Shown: piece after piece, positions 51,601-63,770 of the stretch
Layout of the letters: every line of letters starts with the position of its first letter
Numbering within the stretch: position 1 is the first letter of the stretch
Assembly (NCBI RefSeq): GCF_006345805.1
Contig: NC_043021.1
Span: forward strand, 6,076,001 to 6,140,000
DNA from: Octopus sinensis
Lineage: Eukaryota
Direction of reading: 5' to 3'
Length of the DNA stretch: 64,000 nucleotides
Notes under the pieces: generated by a model
Told to the model about the DNA's origin: nothing
What the model saw: the letters and a program-made list of their open reading frames with translations, nothing else
Database searches by the model: none
Made by a program: the position numbers and the translations under genes

Positions 51601-54600
51601 GATAATTGTTGTACTGATAATGCCTCTCAAGATAGAAACATGTGTCCATGACTAGTTTCTATTCTCCAGACAATAAGCCAGTCCTATACTTTAATGACAT
51701 GTCAACTTTGGAGAATTTGCCATTCTTGAGACATAGTCCACTTTCATTGTGGAGCCAGTCTTATTAAGTGAAGATAATTTGAATAAATCAAGAACTTCTT
51801 ATGCTGTATGATTAGAAATATTGAATTTCTAAATGTCTCAGAGAGACATGAGCGGTGGTGGGGTGATATAGTGGTTGTATACTGTCAACTCAATGTGACA
51901 GTCCCGTAAAGGGAATCACACCACCGCTATTAAGCCCTAGGAAGCATCGAAGATTCCTGTCGGCTTTGACACATTTCCTGTGTCCTTATGCCGTATGGTA
52001 TTTGATATACCTGTATTATCCAACACATCCATACTATATTTTGGCTGGTATTTTTAGGTTGAATGGTTACATAGATCCTCTGTAATTGGTTAATGTGTAT
52101 GTGTTTGCATGTTTCCATGAGAATCGGTATATGTGTGTACACCAAGAATTTAGTTAAAGCACGCAAATGTCCCCGCCAAACTCACCTCTTTGCCATTTTT
52201 AAAAAAGACTTTTAAGCATTTCCGTAGTTTGTCTCGCTTCTCAGGTGTTAAATTTAAGGCATTCAAAGCTTCTTCACTAAATTCTCGTTGTAGTGTGGTA
52301 GTTACCAATTCTCCAGCATCAACCATACCCTGAGAAAAAGAAAAGCACACACGTTTAATACATATACATATGCACATACACCAACTCGTACATAGGTGCT
52401 ATTTACATGGCAGAAGGCGGCGAGCTGGCAGAAATGTTAGCACACCGGGCGATATGCATAGCTGTATTTCGTCTGCCGTTATGTTGTGAGTTCAAATTCC
52501 GCCGAGGTCGACTTTGCCTTTCATCCTTTCGGGGTCGAATAAATAAGTACCAGTTACGCGCTGGGGTCGTTATAATCAATTTAATCCCTTTGTCTGTCCT
52601 TGTTTGTCCCCTCTATGTTTAGCCCCTTGTGGGTAGTAAAGAAATAGCTATTTACATGGCACCACCAATGACCACGATTCCTGGGTGCCAATTGACATGG
52701 CAGCAGCATCGACCACAACAATTCACAGGTGCCATTTACATGGTACCATCAAAGACCATGACTACAATGCATGGGTGCCATTTATATGACACCGATGAGG
52801 CCCAACTACAATTTCACTTGGCCTGACGAGTGAGTATTCTCATGCACAGCATATCACCAGAGATCTCGGTCACTTATCACCTCTGAGAGGTCCAACATTC
52901 GAAGATCATGCTTCACCATCTTGTTCCATGCCTTCCTGGGTCTACCTTTTCCACAGGTTCCCTACAGAGTTGGAGATTGGCAAACAGGAAAACGGAACTC
53001 AAAATATAAGTACATATATATTTTTTTATCATTAACCCTTTAGTATTTATAATGGTCATATCTGGACAAATATATTCTACGTGTTTCATCCTAAAAACAG
53101 ACAATCACACAATCAAAATCTCAAAGCTATGAGATAATACATGATTAATTCAAAGCAATATGAATGAATAAGCTTTACATTTGGCAGAATAATTTGAATG
53201 CTAAAGGGTTGAGAAATATAACAGTGTTTACCCCAGGAATGGCCCAGTCACCAGTGTCTCGTCTTTGAATGGCAATGAACTGTAGTACAGGTTTACCATC
53301 TTGACCTTTGACCTTGTGTCCATCGACCACTTTCCACCTGGGAGAAAAAGAAGAGATCAAATTTGAATAGTTGTACAACAGATGTATATACATATAAATG
53401 GCGGTGCCCCAGCATGGCCACAGCTCGTGAGCTGAAACTAGATAAAATATAAAAAATATATATATAATATGATCACATGACCGACCAGACCATCAGACGC
53501 TGCTACACATCGCTGGTCACAATGCGTTCGCATTGTTTTAGCCTTCGAATGACGCCACCCCGCTGGCTAAGCGAGCAGGCCAACAGAAGAAAGAGTGAGA
53601 GAAAGAGTAGTGAAAGAGTACAGCAGGGATCACCATCCCCTGCTGGAGCCTCGTGGAGCTTTTAAGGTGTTTTTTCGCTCAATAAACACACACAACGCCC
53701 GGTCTGGGAATCGAAACCGCGATCCTACGACCGCGATTTCACTGCCCTAACCACTAGGCCATTGTGCCTCCACATATAAAATATATAAATACAAATATAT
53801 TAATGTAAACTCATGCAGCTGTTTTTTGTACACTCAGACAGACATATTCACATAAATACACTAATGAAGGCGCATGGCCTAGTGGTTAGGCTGTTGCATT
53901 CATGATCGCTAGATCATGGGTTCGATTCCCTGACCAGGAGTTGTGTTGTGTTCTTGAGCAAGACACTTCATTTCATGTTGCTCCAGCCCCTTTTTGATTG
54001 GGGGGAAAAAAATATTAGCCTGCTCGCCTAGCCAGTAAGGTGGCATCATTTGAAGGCTAAAACAATGCAAAAATCACAATGTGACCTGTGATGTGTAACA
54101 ACATCTGATAGCCTAGTCAGATACGTGTGTGTGTGTGTGTGTGTGTGTGCATGCATGCGTGTGTCACACTTATACACACACACGTGACCAGTGGTGTGTA
54201 ACAACATCTGATAGCCTAGTCAGATACAAGTGTGTGTGTGTGTGCGTGTGTGTGTGTGTGTGTGTGTGCATGTGTGTGTCACACTTATACACACACACAT
54301 ACATTCAGAGTAAAGATAAAGAGTAGATATACAAATTGTATTTATACACCCTAAAGATGAAGCATAGGTATTAAATTTGTAACTATATCCTTTAAAATAA
54401 AGTGTGTGTGTGTGTGTGTCTGTATTCTTTTGCATGGCCAACAAGTAGAGGGAATCCGTGGTAAAGGAAGACCTGTCCTGAGGTATAAGGATAAGTTGAA
54501 GCAATCATTAAAATCTCAGCAAATCTCTGCAGCTTAATTAGATATCTTGGGAAAGTTATTACCTTGATTGATCTGCAAGGTGTAAAATGTGTCATGGCGC

Positions 54601-55305
54601 ATCAAAACAATTTGTATTCAAGAAACAGAACAATAAAAGAATTATATCCGGCAACCAACAGACACATTTGCCCAGTCTCTGGTAAAATCTAAATCATCAG
54701 TGCCCCCCTTGTGCAAAATCTATACCTGGACTCAAACTACAATTCAAGCAACCATCGCAAACAGATGTAGCTTCTTTTATTGATTTATTTTTAAAGATGT
54801 TTTTCCTTTGTCTCACATTTTCTCTCTCTTTTTCTTCTTGAATCCTCTCCTTCAAACACTCATACAAGGAATTCAATGTGAGTAACCATCACTAATAATA
54901 ATAATAATGACAATAATAATAATGACAATAATATAATAATAATAATATAGGAGGAGACCCCCTTCGGTCATGAATGACCATGGGATTGCACCTAGAAAGT
55001 TACCCTCCGAGGCACAAGTCAGGGCAAGGTTTTTTATGGAAGACAAGCAGTCGCCCATGCATATCAGCCTCCCCTCTCCATGCCACCAATGTTATCCAAG
55101 GGAAAGGCAAAGGCTGATACAGCTTGGCACCATATATAATAATAATAATAATAACAACAATAATAATAATAACAATAGTAATAATGATAATAATAATTCT
55201 TTCTACTTTAAGCACAGAGCCTGAAATTTTTGGGGAGAGGGATAATCAATTATATTGGCCCCAGTACTCAACTGGTACTTATTTTATTGATCCCCAAAAG
55301 GATGA

Positions 55306-55355
<50 letters not shown>

Positions 55356-56823
55356 TAATAATAACAACACCAACATGAACTTCCAACTTGTTGTCTCTTG
55401 AGGTCTCTGGGTGAGACTTGGAGCCAGCTTGTGCAAATGTAAAGCAAAAGTCAAACATAGAATAATAATAATAATAATAACAATAAAAAGAGTAACCTTG
55501 TAATGATAGGGTCAGCAGCATGATTAGGTCCCCAACGACCTAGTAGTCCACGACCTATGATACCTGTTCTACCATGTGGGTTCCTGCAAAAATGACAACA
55601 AACAAGAAAAAGAAAATTAAAATATTTTAAAAAAAAGAGGTGAAACATTTATGTTAACGAAGGGGTCTCTTTGAGGTTACAAGCCCTAAAAGAAATAACA
55701 GTGAAATATCCTTCAAATCCCACTCCACCATCCTCAAAAGGAAGAACGTTTAATAATGTGGTCTTGGATGTGTTATGCCTATAAATAAGATGGGTTGTCA
55801 TGGTTGGAAAGTCTTTGGTATTTGGTCATCGGGGTCAGGACTAACAATAATGACAAACGGAAGGATATATTAGATATCATGATTCTAGATACACGATGTC
55901 TGGTTAAAAGACAGGATGGCCATGGTTAGAAAGCTTTATATATACATAGATGCAGGTGTGGTTGTATGGTAAGAAGATTGTTTCTCAACCACATGGTTCC
56001 AGGTTCAGTCCCACTGTGTCCTTGGGCAAATGTCTCCTGCTCTATTCATAAAGCATAAGGCTCTCATAGATGTAAATGGAAAGAAGCCCATTGTATATAT
56101 CTCTCTCTCTATATATATATTTCTTTACTACCCACAAGGGGCTAAACACAGAGGAGACAAACACAGACAGACAAAGGGATTAAGTCGATTACATCGACCC
56201 CAGTGCGTAACTGGTACTTAATTTATCGACCCCGGAAGGATGAAAGGCAAAGTCGACCTCGGTGGAATTTGAACTCAGAACGTAACGGCAGGTGAAATAC
56301 CTATTTCTTTACTACCCACAAGGGGCTAAACACAGAGGAGACAAACACAGACAGACAAAGGGATTAAGTCGATTACATCGACCCCAGTGCGTAACTGGTG
56401 CTTAATTTATCGACCCCGGAAGGATGAAAGGCAAAGTCGACCTCGGCGGAATTTGAACTCGGAACGTAACGGCAGACGAAATACCGCTAGGCATTTCGCC
56501 CGGCGTGCTAACGATTCTGCCAGCTCGCTACCTTCATATATATATATATGTGTGTGTGTGTGTGTATGTGTGTGTATATATGTATTTGTGTAGGTTACTG
56601 TCTCCTTGCCTTGACTGCATGTCAGTGAGTGTCCCTGTCATACAAGTGGTGTCCTTCATTCCAGGCTCCTGTGATAATCATGTCCGGTCATAGAGAAACA
56701 TTACCTTATTTGGAAACAGGTGAGTGTTGGTGACAGGAAGGGCATCTGGCTGTAGACTATCTGCCTCAACAAATTCCATCTAACACATGCGAACATGGAA
56801 AAGTGGATGTTAAAGAGCTGATG

Positions 56824-56858
<35 letters not shown>

Positions 56859-59800
56859 GCCCAGATGAGCTAACTAGGAATTCTCTATGACAGTGCTTTC
56901 CAAACTTTTCGCTGGAGTGGAACCCCAAGGAAACATTCCACTGGCTCGAGGAACCCCCGTGCAATAATTTAATAGTCTTATGCACACATATCTGCACAGG
57001 AGAATTAAAAATTACTGCCGATTTTAGCAGTTTTGTAACTTCTTGCGGAACCCCTGGACTGTACAGGCAGAACTCTAAGGTTCCGCGGAACCCTGGTTGA
57101 AAACCACTGACATACATACATACATACATACATACATCAGTGCTTTTCAAACTTTTTGCTGGAATGGAACCCCAAGGAAACATTCCACTGGCTCGAGGAA
57201 CCCCTGTGCAATAATTTAATAGTCCTATGCACACATATCTGCACAGGAGACTTAAAAATTACTGCCGATTTTTGCAGTTTTGTAACTTCTTGCGGAACCC
57301 CTGGACTGTACTGGTGGAACCCTGGTTGAAAACCACTGCTCTATGAGGTCACTCATTCTGCTAAAAACAGCAGTCAAATTTCCATTAAATGAAAGAATCA
57401 TCTCAAAGAAAAGAAGGACAGGCGTTGCAGTGTAGCCCTGTCTTATATATACCATGTCTAAATAAAGGGAATTTTTTTGATCATAGGTGTGCAGAACCAA
57501 AGCTGACCTGTGGTTAAACAACAATGACATAAAGAACACTGGATGTCAAACACTGCAGACAGGTATTTATAACAGTTTGCCGAGTAGAAATTATTTAAAG
57601 GTGGCAAATTAAATGCTGCTGCTGCTGCTACTGCTGCTACTACTACTACTACTACTGTCTAATTTTGGTACAAGACCAGCAATTTTGAAAGAAGTGGGCA
57701 AGATATTACATCATCTCTAGTTTTTTATTTATGTGCCCTTTTCAAGCCTAGCCAGGCTCATGGGCCCGGTTTCCCAGTTTCTGTGGCGTATGTGTTCCCC
57801 TCCCAGCTGGACAGGACACCAGTCAATCACAGCGTTACCCAAGAAACAGGAAGAAAGTGTGAGAGAAAGTCGGGGCGAAAGAGTACAACAGGGGTCGCCA
57901 CCACCCCCTACTGGAGCCTCATGGAGCTTGAGGTGTTTTCGCTCAATGAACACACACAACGCCCTGTCCGGGAATTGAAACTGTGGTCCTCTGACCACGA
58001 GTTCGCTGCCCTAACCACTGTGCCATTGAGCCTCCACCATCATCTCTAGTACTTAACAAGTATTATATTTTATTGACCTCAAAAGGATGAAAGTGAAGCT
58101 AACCTTGGCGGAATTCGAACTTAGAATGTAAAGAACCGGAAGAAATACCACTTTTGTCTAATGTGATAACAATTCCACTAGCTTACCACCTTCCACCTTC
58201 ACCTTGATAAATGATAATGGGTCATCCCACATTGGGGACAGTTTGCTGGTTTCTCTGGCATATATATTTCTTTATTGCCCACAAGGGGCTAAACACAGAG
58301 AGGACAAACAAGGACAGACAAACGGATTAAGTCGATTATATCGACCCCAGTGCGTAACTGGTACTTAAATTATCGACCCCGAAAGGATGAAAGGCAAAGT
58401 CGACCTCGGCGGAATTTGAACTCAGAACGTAACGGCAAACGAAATACCTATTTCTTTACTACCCACAAGGGGCTAAACACAGAGGGGACAAACAAAGACA
58501 GACAAACGGATTAAGTCGATTACATCGACCCCAGTGCGTAACTGGTACTTAACTCTTTAGTGTTTAAACTGGCCATATCCGGCCAAAATATTCTACCTAT
58601 TTTATGTTCAAACAAGTCAGATATGGTCATTCATAGCTACCTTATTGTGTCATTTTAAAAATAAACAATCACATTATTGAAATCTCAAAGCCATGAAATG
58701 ATGCAAGATTAATTTTACATGGTGTGAATACATAAGCTTTACATTTGACAGAATAATCTGAATGCTAAAGGGTTAAATTATCGACCCCGAAAGGATGAAA
58801 GGCAAAGTCGACCTCAGTGGAATTTGAACTCAGAACGTAACGGCAGACGAAATACGGCTACTCATTTCGCCCGGCGTGCCAACGTTTCTGCCAGCTCGCT
58901 GGAATATATATTACTCCCTGGATAGGACGTTGGTCAGTCATAGGATTACTCATTTTTACCAGCTGAGTGGACTGGAGCAATGTGAAATGAAATGTTTTGC
59001 TCAAGAACATAACGCGTCGCCCGGTCCAGGAACTGAAACCACGTTCTTATGATCATGAGTCCAACACCCTAACCACTAAGCCACGCACCTTCACAATAAA
59101 TGATAATAGCAACAACTTAATGCATTAGCATGTTGACCACCTACCTTGGTACATGGTTGTATATGTCGTATTTCTTGCCAAATGTTTGACGGTCAATATT
59201 ATTATCAAGGCTGTTCCATTTAATTTTGATAGGTTCTGATGATTTTCTGTGGAAGACAATTCGAGGAAACATTGATTATTTATGGTTTCATAGTTGAGTT
59301 GTTCCACCGGATGAAGCAAGGGGAAGGAGAAACCGGCTGTGCAACCTCATCAATACACATTCACACACACACAAACAGAGGAAGACCAAAGTATGTATGC
59401 TTGTGTGTATGTGTGTGTGTGTATGTATGTATGTATATATATATATTCTCACTCAACATAAGCTCAGAGAGGAAAGACTACACATACATGTACAAACACA
59501 CTTTGTATCTCTCTCTCTCTCTTTCCACACATATCAACACACACACACACATGCATCACCACATGCACTCTCTCTCTCTCACACACACACACACCACACA
59601 CCCACATACTTCATTACCAATAACAACATCACCTTGGTTTTTCATAGACAGTTTTTCCATGTAGTACACACACACTCACACACGCTCACACATACTCACA
59701 CAAGCTCATACACACACACACACACACACACACATACACTCTCTTTCTACACGAAGCAAAGACATGCACAAACAGAAGTATTTATATACAACAAGGATGA

Positions 59801-62199
59801 AATAAATAAATTAAATAACAAGAGCGTCTTAATTAGGCTTGGAAAAGTGCAGATGACTGAAAGGAGAGTTGGGGTATGTGTAGTGGGAGTACTGGAAGGA
59901 AGGTCAGCGACGCTGTTTGGACATATAAATAGACTTTGAGAGTACAGGTGACTGAATTCTAAGTGGTGTGGTGAGCAGGGGAGCTAGGAGGTCAGCAAGA
60001 GTGTGGTGTATCTGCGACCTTGTGTAAATATATTCCACAGGGAAGGAACATCTTGTTCTGCAGGTGGCCACTTCATTTTCAAATATCCTCATCAGTGGTT
60101 CCCAAAGCGGGCAATACTGCTCCCCTGGGGACAGTGAAAAGATTGGAGGGGAGCGTTGAAGAAAAGTGTTGGGATAATAGTGTAGCCAAGAGGGGGCAAT
60201 GGATGTGGAAACAACAAAATAATGGGTTAATTAGGTTAAGTTTTATTTGTGAGTTTGCCTCAAGAAGTGGTCTATGTGGTGGTGACTAGAAATGTGGCCC
60301 GGGTGCCAAGGGAATAGCAACCCAAAAGTGTTTAGGAACCACTGATCTAACTGGTTAATAAGTACCAAATGTTAGGAACAAACTTGTGTCTGTGGCCAAG
60401 ACATAATAATCTTCACTTTCAATAGGCCTCAGTCCACCCAGCTATAAAATCTCAACTAGAATTCACTAACAAGAGAGCATATGTGTGGTTGGTTGACAAA
60501 AAAAAGTAGATAACTCTCTTTTAAATGACAATGTTATATCTTAACAAAAAAAAGGGTAGAGTTTACATAATGTGCTTCTGCTAAGGTTATCTCTGCAGAT
60601 ATCGAAGGGCCTTAGAGTCAATGTTGCAAAGGCCAAAGTTCTAGTAAGTAGGAAGGCGAACACATCACACACCAATTAAGGTAAGTGGCCCTGCTCGATC
60701 TGTAGAAAAGGTGTAGGTAGAAACTCCATAAGATGTACCCAGTGTAAGGTATGGACACATAAGCGGTGCAGCAACATCGAAGGAAGATTAACCGGGAAGA
60801 TAGTTTTCACGTGCAGCAGATGCACAGGGGCAATAAATACCACAGATGCTCAGAAAACAGACTCCATCACATGCTAGGAGGAGAAACTAGAAGTAGTTGA
60901 TGGCTTCTGCTACCTAGGTGACCAAGTCTGTAGTGGGGGTGGATGCTCAGAGTGTGTTACCACTAGAATAAGAATAGCTTTGGGCAAAGTTCAGGGGGAA
61001 GCTTCAACCCCTACTGATAACAAAGGGCCTCTCGCTCAGAGTGAAAGGTAGATTGTATGATGCATGTGTGCAAATTGCCATGCTTCATGGCAGTGAAACA
61101 TGGGTCGTGGCTAATGAAAACATGTGTAGGCTCGAAAGGAATGAAGCTAGCATGATCCGCTGGATGTGTAATGTCAGCGTGTACACATGACAGAGTGTAA
61201 GTGCCCTGAGAGAAATGTTAGACATAAGAAGCATCGGATGTGGCATGCAAGAAAGATGTTTGCGTTGGTATGGTCATGTACTGCGGATGGACGAGGAGAG
61301 TTGTGTGAAGAAGTGCCACTCCCAAACAGTGGAAGGAATCTCGAGTAGAGGGAGACCCAGGAAGACATGGGATGAGGTGGTGGTGAAGCATGACTTTTGA
61401 ACATTGGACGTCACAGAGGCAATGACAAAAGACCGAGTCCTCTGGAGGTATGCTGTGACTGAGAAGACCCGGCAAATAAAGTGAGTCCACAGCTGTAACC
61501 TACACCAGTGTCGCATAACCAACCCACACAAAAGTACCTTGGATCGTAGGGCGATATGCTGTGCTTGAGGAGACCTATTGAGTCAAGTACATCAATATCA
61601 ACAGCAATATCAAAATCAAATCAAATGGAAATTGTAGTTGTGACCCCCGTGCCGGTGGCACGTAAAAAGTACACTAAACAAACAATTTATTAGTTGGTTG
61701 GCTTGATATTTAACCAATTGACTAACAACAAAGCAGTGATATTGAACCAGTGTGTGTGTATTATTGTTATTAGTATAATGACACTCCCAAGACAACAAGA
61801 TTTGTTTCAACACACAAATTCACATCAAGAATTTCGCAAACCAAATAGAAAAACAAAATAAATCACAAAATAACTTGGCAGAAAAAAACCCCAGCAAATC
61901 CCCTACCCCCATCCCAACCAAGAGAAAAAAATGTCTCAACAAAAAAAAAAAAAACAATTAATTTACCTGATATCAGGATCGGCCCAGGGGGGCTGTTGTA
62001 AGACAGATTCAGCTGTATAATCAACAGGCTGGTATTCCTTGTACTCCACATCCCAGCTGACTTTGTCATCAGGGACATCAAATCGATAGATGTCTTTGGT
62101 TCGAGGGTAGAGACCACCACGACAGTTCGTATGCATCTTTATGGAAATCTTGTAGCTAATTCGCAAAGGCTTGAGCAGTTTTGAGGTATTGATTCCCAT
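47727..62199 (-). CDS. NUDT9: ADP-ribose pyrophosphatase NUDT9, spliced gene: join(complement 61967-62199, 59145-59246, 55497-55583, 53232-53337, 52186-52329, 49070-49187, 47727-47839), about 300 aa
   Basis: Seven GT-AG bounded exons with matching phases give one 903-nt ORF. It carries NUDT9 motifs [45 protein letters not shown], the Nudix box [31 protein letters not shown] and [17 protein letters not shown]. The 5' end is uncertain. Confidence 0.94.
48009..48392. repeat. 38-39-bp minisatellite, 10 copies, inside a family C element
   Basis: Unit GGGTTTCTATGGCTGGATACCCTGGGTGCTTTTAAGGT. Confidence 0.9.
49070..49187 (-). CDS. NUDT9: NUDT9 exon 6 ([39 protein letters not shown])
   Basis: TTAG| acceptor, G|GTGAGT donor, 118 nt, phase 0-1. 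Confidence 0.95.
49220..49445. repeat. 16-bp degenerate tandem repeat AACAT(G/A)GCAACAGGTG in NUDT9 intron 5
   Basis: About 11 copies of CATGGCAAC/CATAGCAAC/CATGGTAAC. Confidence 0.8.
52186..52329 (-). CDS. NUDT9: NUDT9 exon 5, containing the Nudix box (GMVDAGE...REFSEEA)
   Basis: TCTCAG| acceptor, GAG|GTGAGT donor, 144 nt; GX5EX7REUXEE spacing is intact. Confidence 0.95.
53232..53337 (-). CDS. NUDT9: NUDT9 exon 4 (WKVVDGHK...DWAIPG)
   Basis: CCCAG| acceptor, GG|GTAAAC donor, 106 nt, phase 2-0. Confidence 0.95.
54430..54720 (+). mobile_element. RTE (BovB-like) LINE C-terminal remnant
   Basis: [21 protein letters not shown] motif. Confidence 0.55.
55497..55583 (-). CDS. NUDT9: NUDT9 exon 3 ([28 protein letters not shown])
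   Basis: TTTGCAG| acceptor, AG|GTTACT donor, 87 nt, hallmark NUDT9 motif. Confidence 0.95.
56891..57338. mobile_element. Composite of two tandem hAT MITEs plus an (ACAT)7 spacer within one TSD
   Basis: CTCTATGA at 56883-56890 and 57339-57346; MITEs at 56891-57109 and 57138-57338. Confidence 0.82.
58553..58772. mobile_element. piggyBac-like MITE nested in a family B SINE
   Basis: TTAA duplicated at 58549-58552 and 58773-58776; the SINE sequence resumes after it. Confidence 0.85.
59145..59246 (-). CDS. NUDT9: NUDT9 exon 2 ([33 protein letters not shown])
   Basis: ACAG| acceptor, AG|GTAGGT donor, 102 nt, phase 2-2. It fills the gap between WADPD and RNP. Not in the ORF track. Confidence 0.88.
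60585..61675 (+). mobile_element. RTE LINE 3' portion (ORF2 end with PHD-like finger) running into family C sequence
   Basis: [22 protein letters not shown]...[39 protein letters not shown]; stops and frameshifts present. Confidence 0.88.
61967..62199 (-). CDS. NUDT9: NUDT9 first coding exon ([10 protein letters not shown]...WADPDI)
   Basis: ATG at 62199; donor AG|GTAAAT, phase 2. An in-frame acceptor at 62226 means an upstream exon is possible. Confidence 0.88.
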
Positions 62200-63464
62200 G
62201 TAAACTGCAACTGTTGAAGGCGGGATCTGTGTAGGGAGGGGAGAGGGAGAGAGAGAGAGAGAGAGTATAAATGGATGGGATGAAGAGGAAGTAAGGTAGT
62301 AGCAGAGGGGCAAAGAGGAAGAGGTAGAGGAATGAAGAAGGAAATGGGAGGGAGAGGAAGAAGAAGAAAAAATAATAAGAATAATTAAACAATTAATTAA
62401 ATATGTAGATAATTATATGGAATGAGAAAAATGAAGCAATAATACAGAAAAGAACTTCCAGTATTAGGACGAATAGGAGAAACAAACACACACACACACA
62501 CACTCACACAAAATAACACAAAACAAAAAAAGCAGACAGATAAACAGTAACAAAGTCATACACACTCATCACAAATTTTTTGAGCTTTCTCCTCCCCAAT
62601 CCCTGCCCAAGCTTTCACTGTTGTTTCTGCACCCATTGCCTCGTTAACATGTCCCACTTCATATCTCACCCACTTCCAAACTGCCAGCTAAACTGACAGC
62701 AACAGCCTTGCCAAAAAAAAAAAAAATTGGTACCATCTGAGACAGCTAAGTAGATGACCAAACAACTTACTTACCTATTTCTTTACTACCCTCAAGGGGC
62801 TACACACAGAGGGGACAAACAAGGACAGACAAACGGATTAAGTCGATTATATCGACCCCAGTGCATAATTGGTACTTAATTTATCGACCCGGGAAAGGAT
62901 GAAAGGCAAAGTCAACCTCGGCGGAATTTGAACTCAGGACATAGCGGCAGACGAAATACCTATTTTTTTACTACTCACAAGGGGCTACACACAGAGGGGA
63001 CAAACAAGGACAGACAAAGGGATTAAGTCGATTACATCGACCCCAGTGCGTAACTGGTACTTATTTAATCGACCCTGAAAGGATGAAAGGCAAAGTCGAC
63101 CTCGGCGGAATTTGAACTCAGAACGTAACGGCAGACGAAATACCGCTTAGCATTTCGCCCGGCGTGCTAACGATTCTGCCAGCTCGCCGCCTTCAACTTA
63201 CTTACCATCCTCTTAATTATGGCCCTTCATTATATTCCTCACTCAAACTCTACCCTAGCAAGTGATGGAGGATATATTTTGGTAGGGTGAGGAGAGAGCA
63301 TTGTTCTTTTGCAAGAGTGTTGCAGTAATAGAGACAAAGATTGCAGTCTACGATACCTAGAAAAAGTTATAGTCCACAACAATGTCTGTATCATGATTAT
63401 CAATGAAGGAAAGAGGCTACCTTAATAAACTGCTCAATGTCCAAGTCCAGCTGCTTCTCATCAT

Positions 63465-63770
63465 CATCCTCATCATTGTTCGACCGTGGTCGAGACAATG
63501 GAATTTACCATGCAAGCCAGACTTCACGGCCCATCACAGCATTACGGAGGTCCTGTTGCTGGATGCCTGTATCCCTGGAGATTACATCAGGGTAGGAGAG
63601 TGTGCGCCCTCTGGTATTGCGAGTAGATGGCTTCCAGAGGAGAAGAGTAGAAACTACCTCGTTTTCAGCTCTACAACAATATCCAGCAAACTGGACTCTC
63701 CTACCTTTCACAAGCTGCTTCTCAAATTACTTCTACAAATTTTTTGGGATTCTCACACCTATACTTTACC
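63465..63770 (-). mobile_element. RTE/RTEX-type LINE C-terminal remnant
   Basis: RRVQFAGYCCRAENEVVSTLLLWKP...RGRTLSYPDVISRDTG...MGREVW, then a (GAT)-like tail. Confidence 0.72.

Noticed and set aside
59904-60344. hAT-like element 60093-60344 as a clean recent insertion
   Set aside because: The TIRs are present but the flanks (ATCCTCAT/ATCTAACT) are not a convincing TSD. It is noted only as an old MITE.
47727-62226. Assignment as the NUDT9-H domain of a TRPM2 channel
   Set aside because: No channel exons are visible in the 1.8 kb upstream, and there is a presequence-like N-terminus with its own Met. It is not fully excluded because of the in-frame acceptor at 62226; upstream sequence would settle it.
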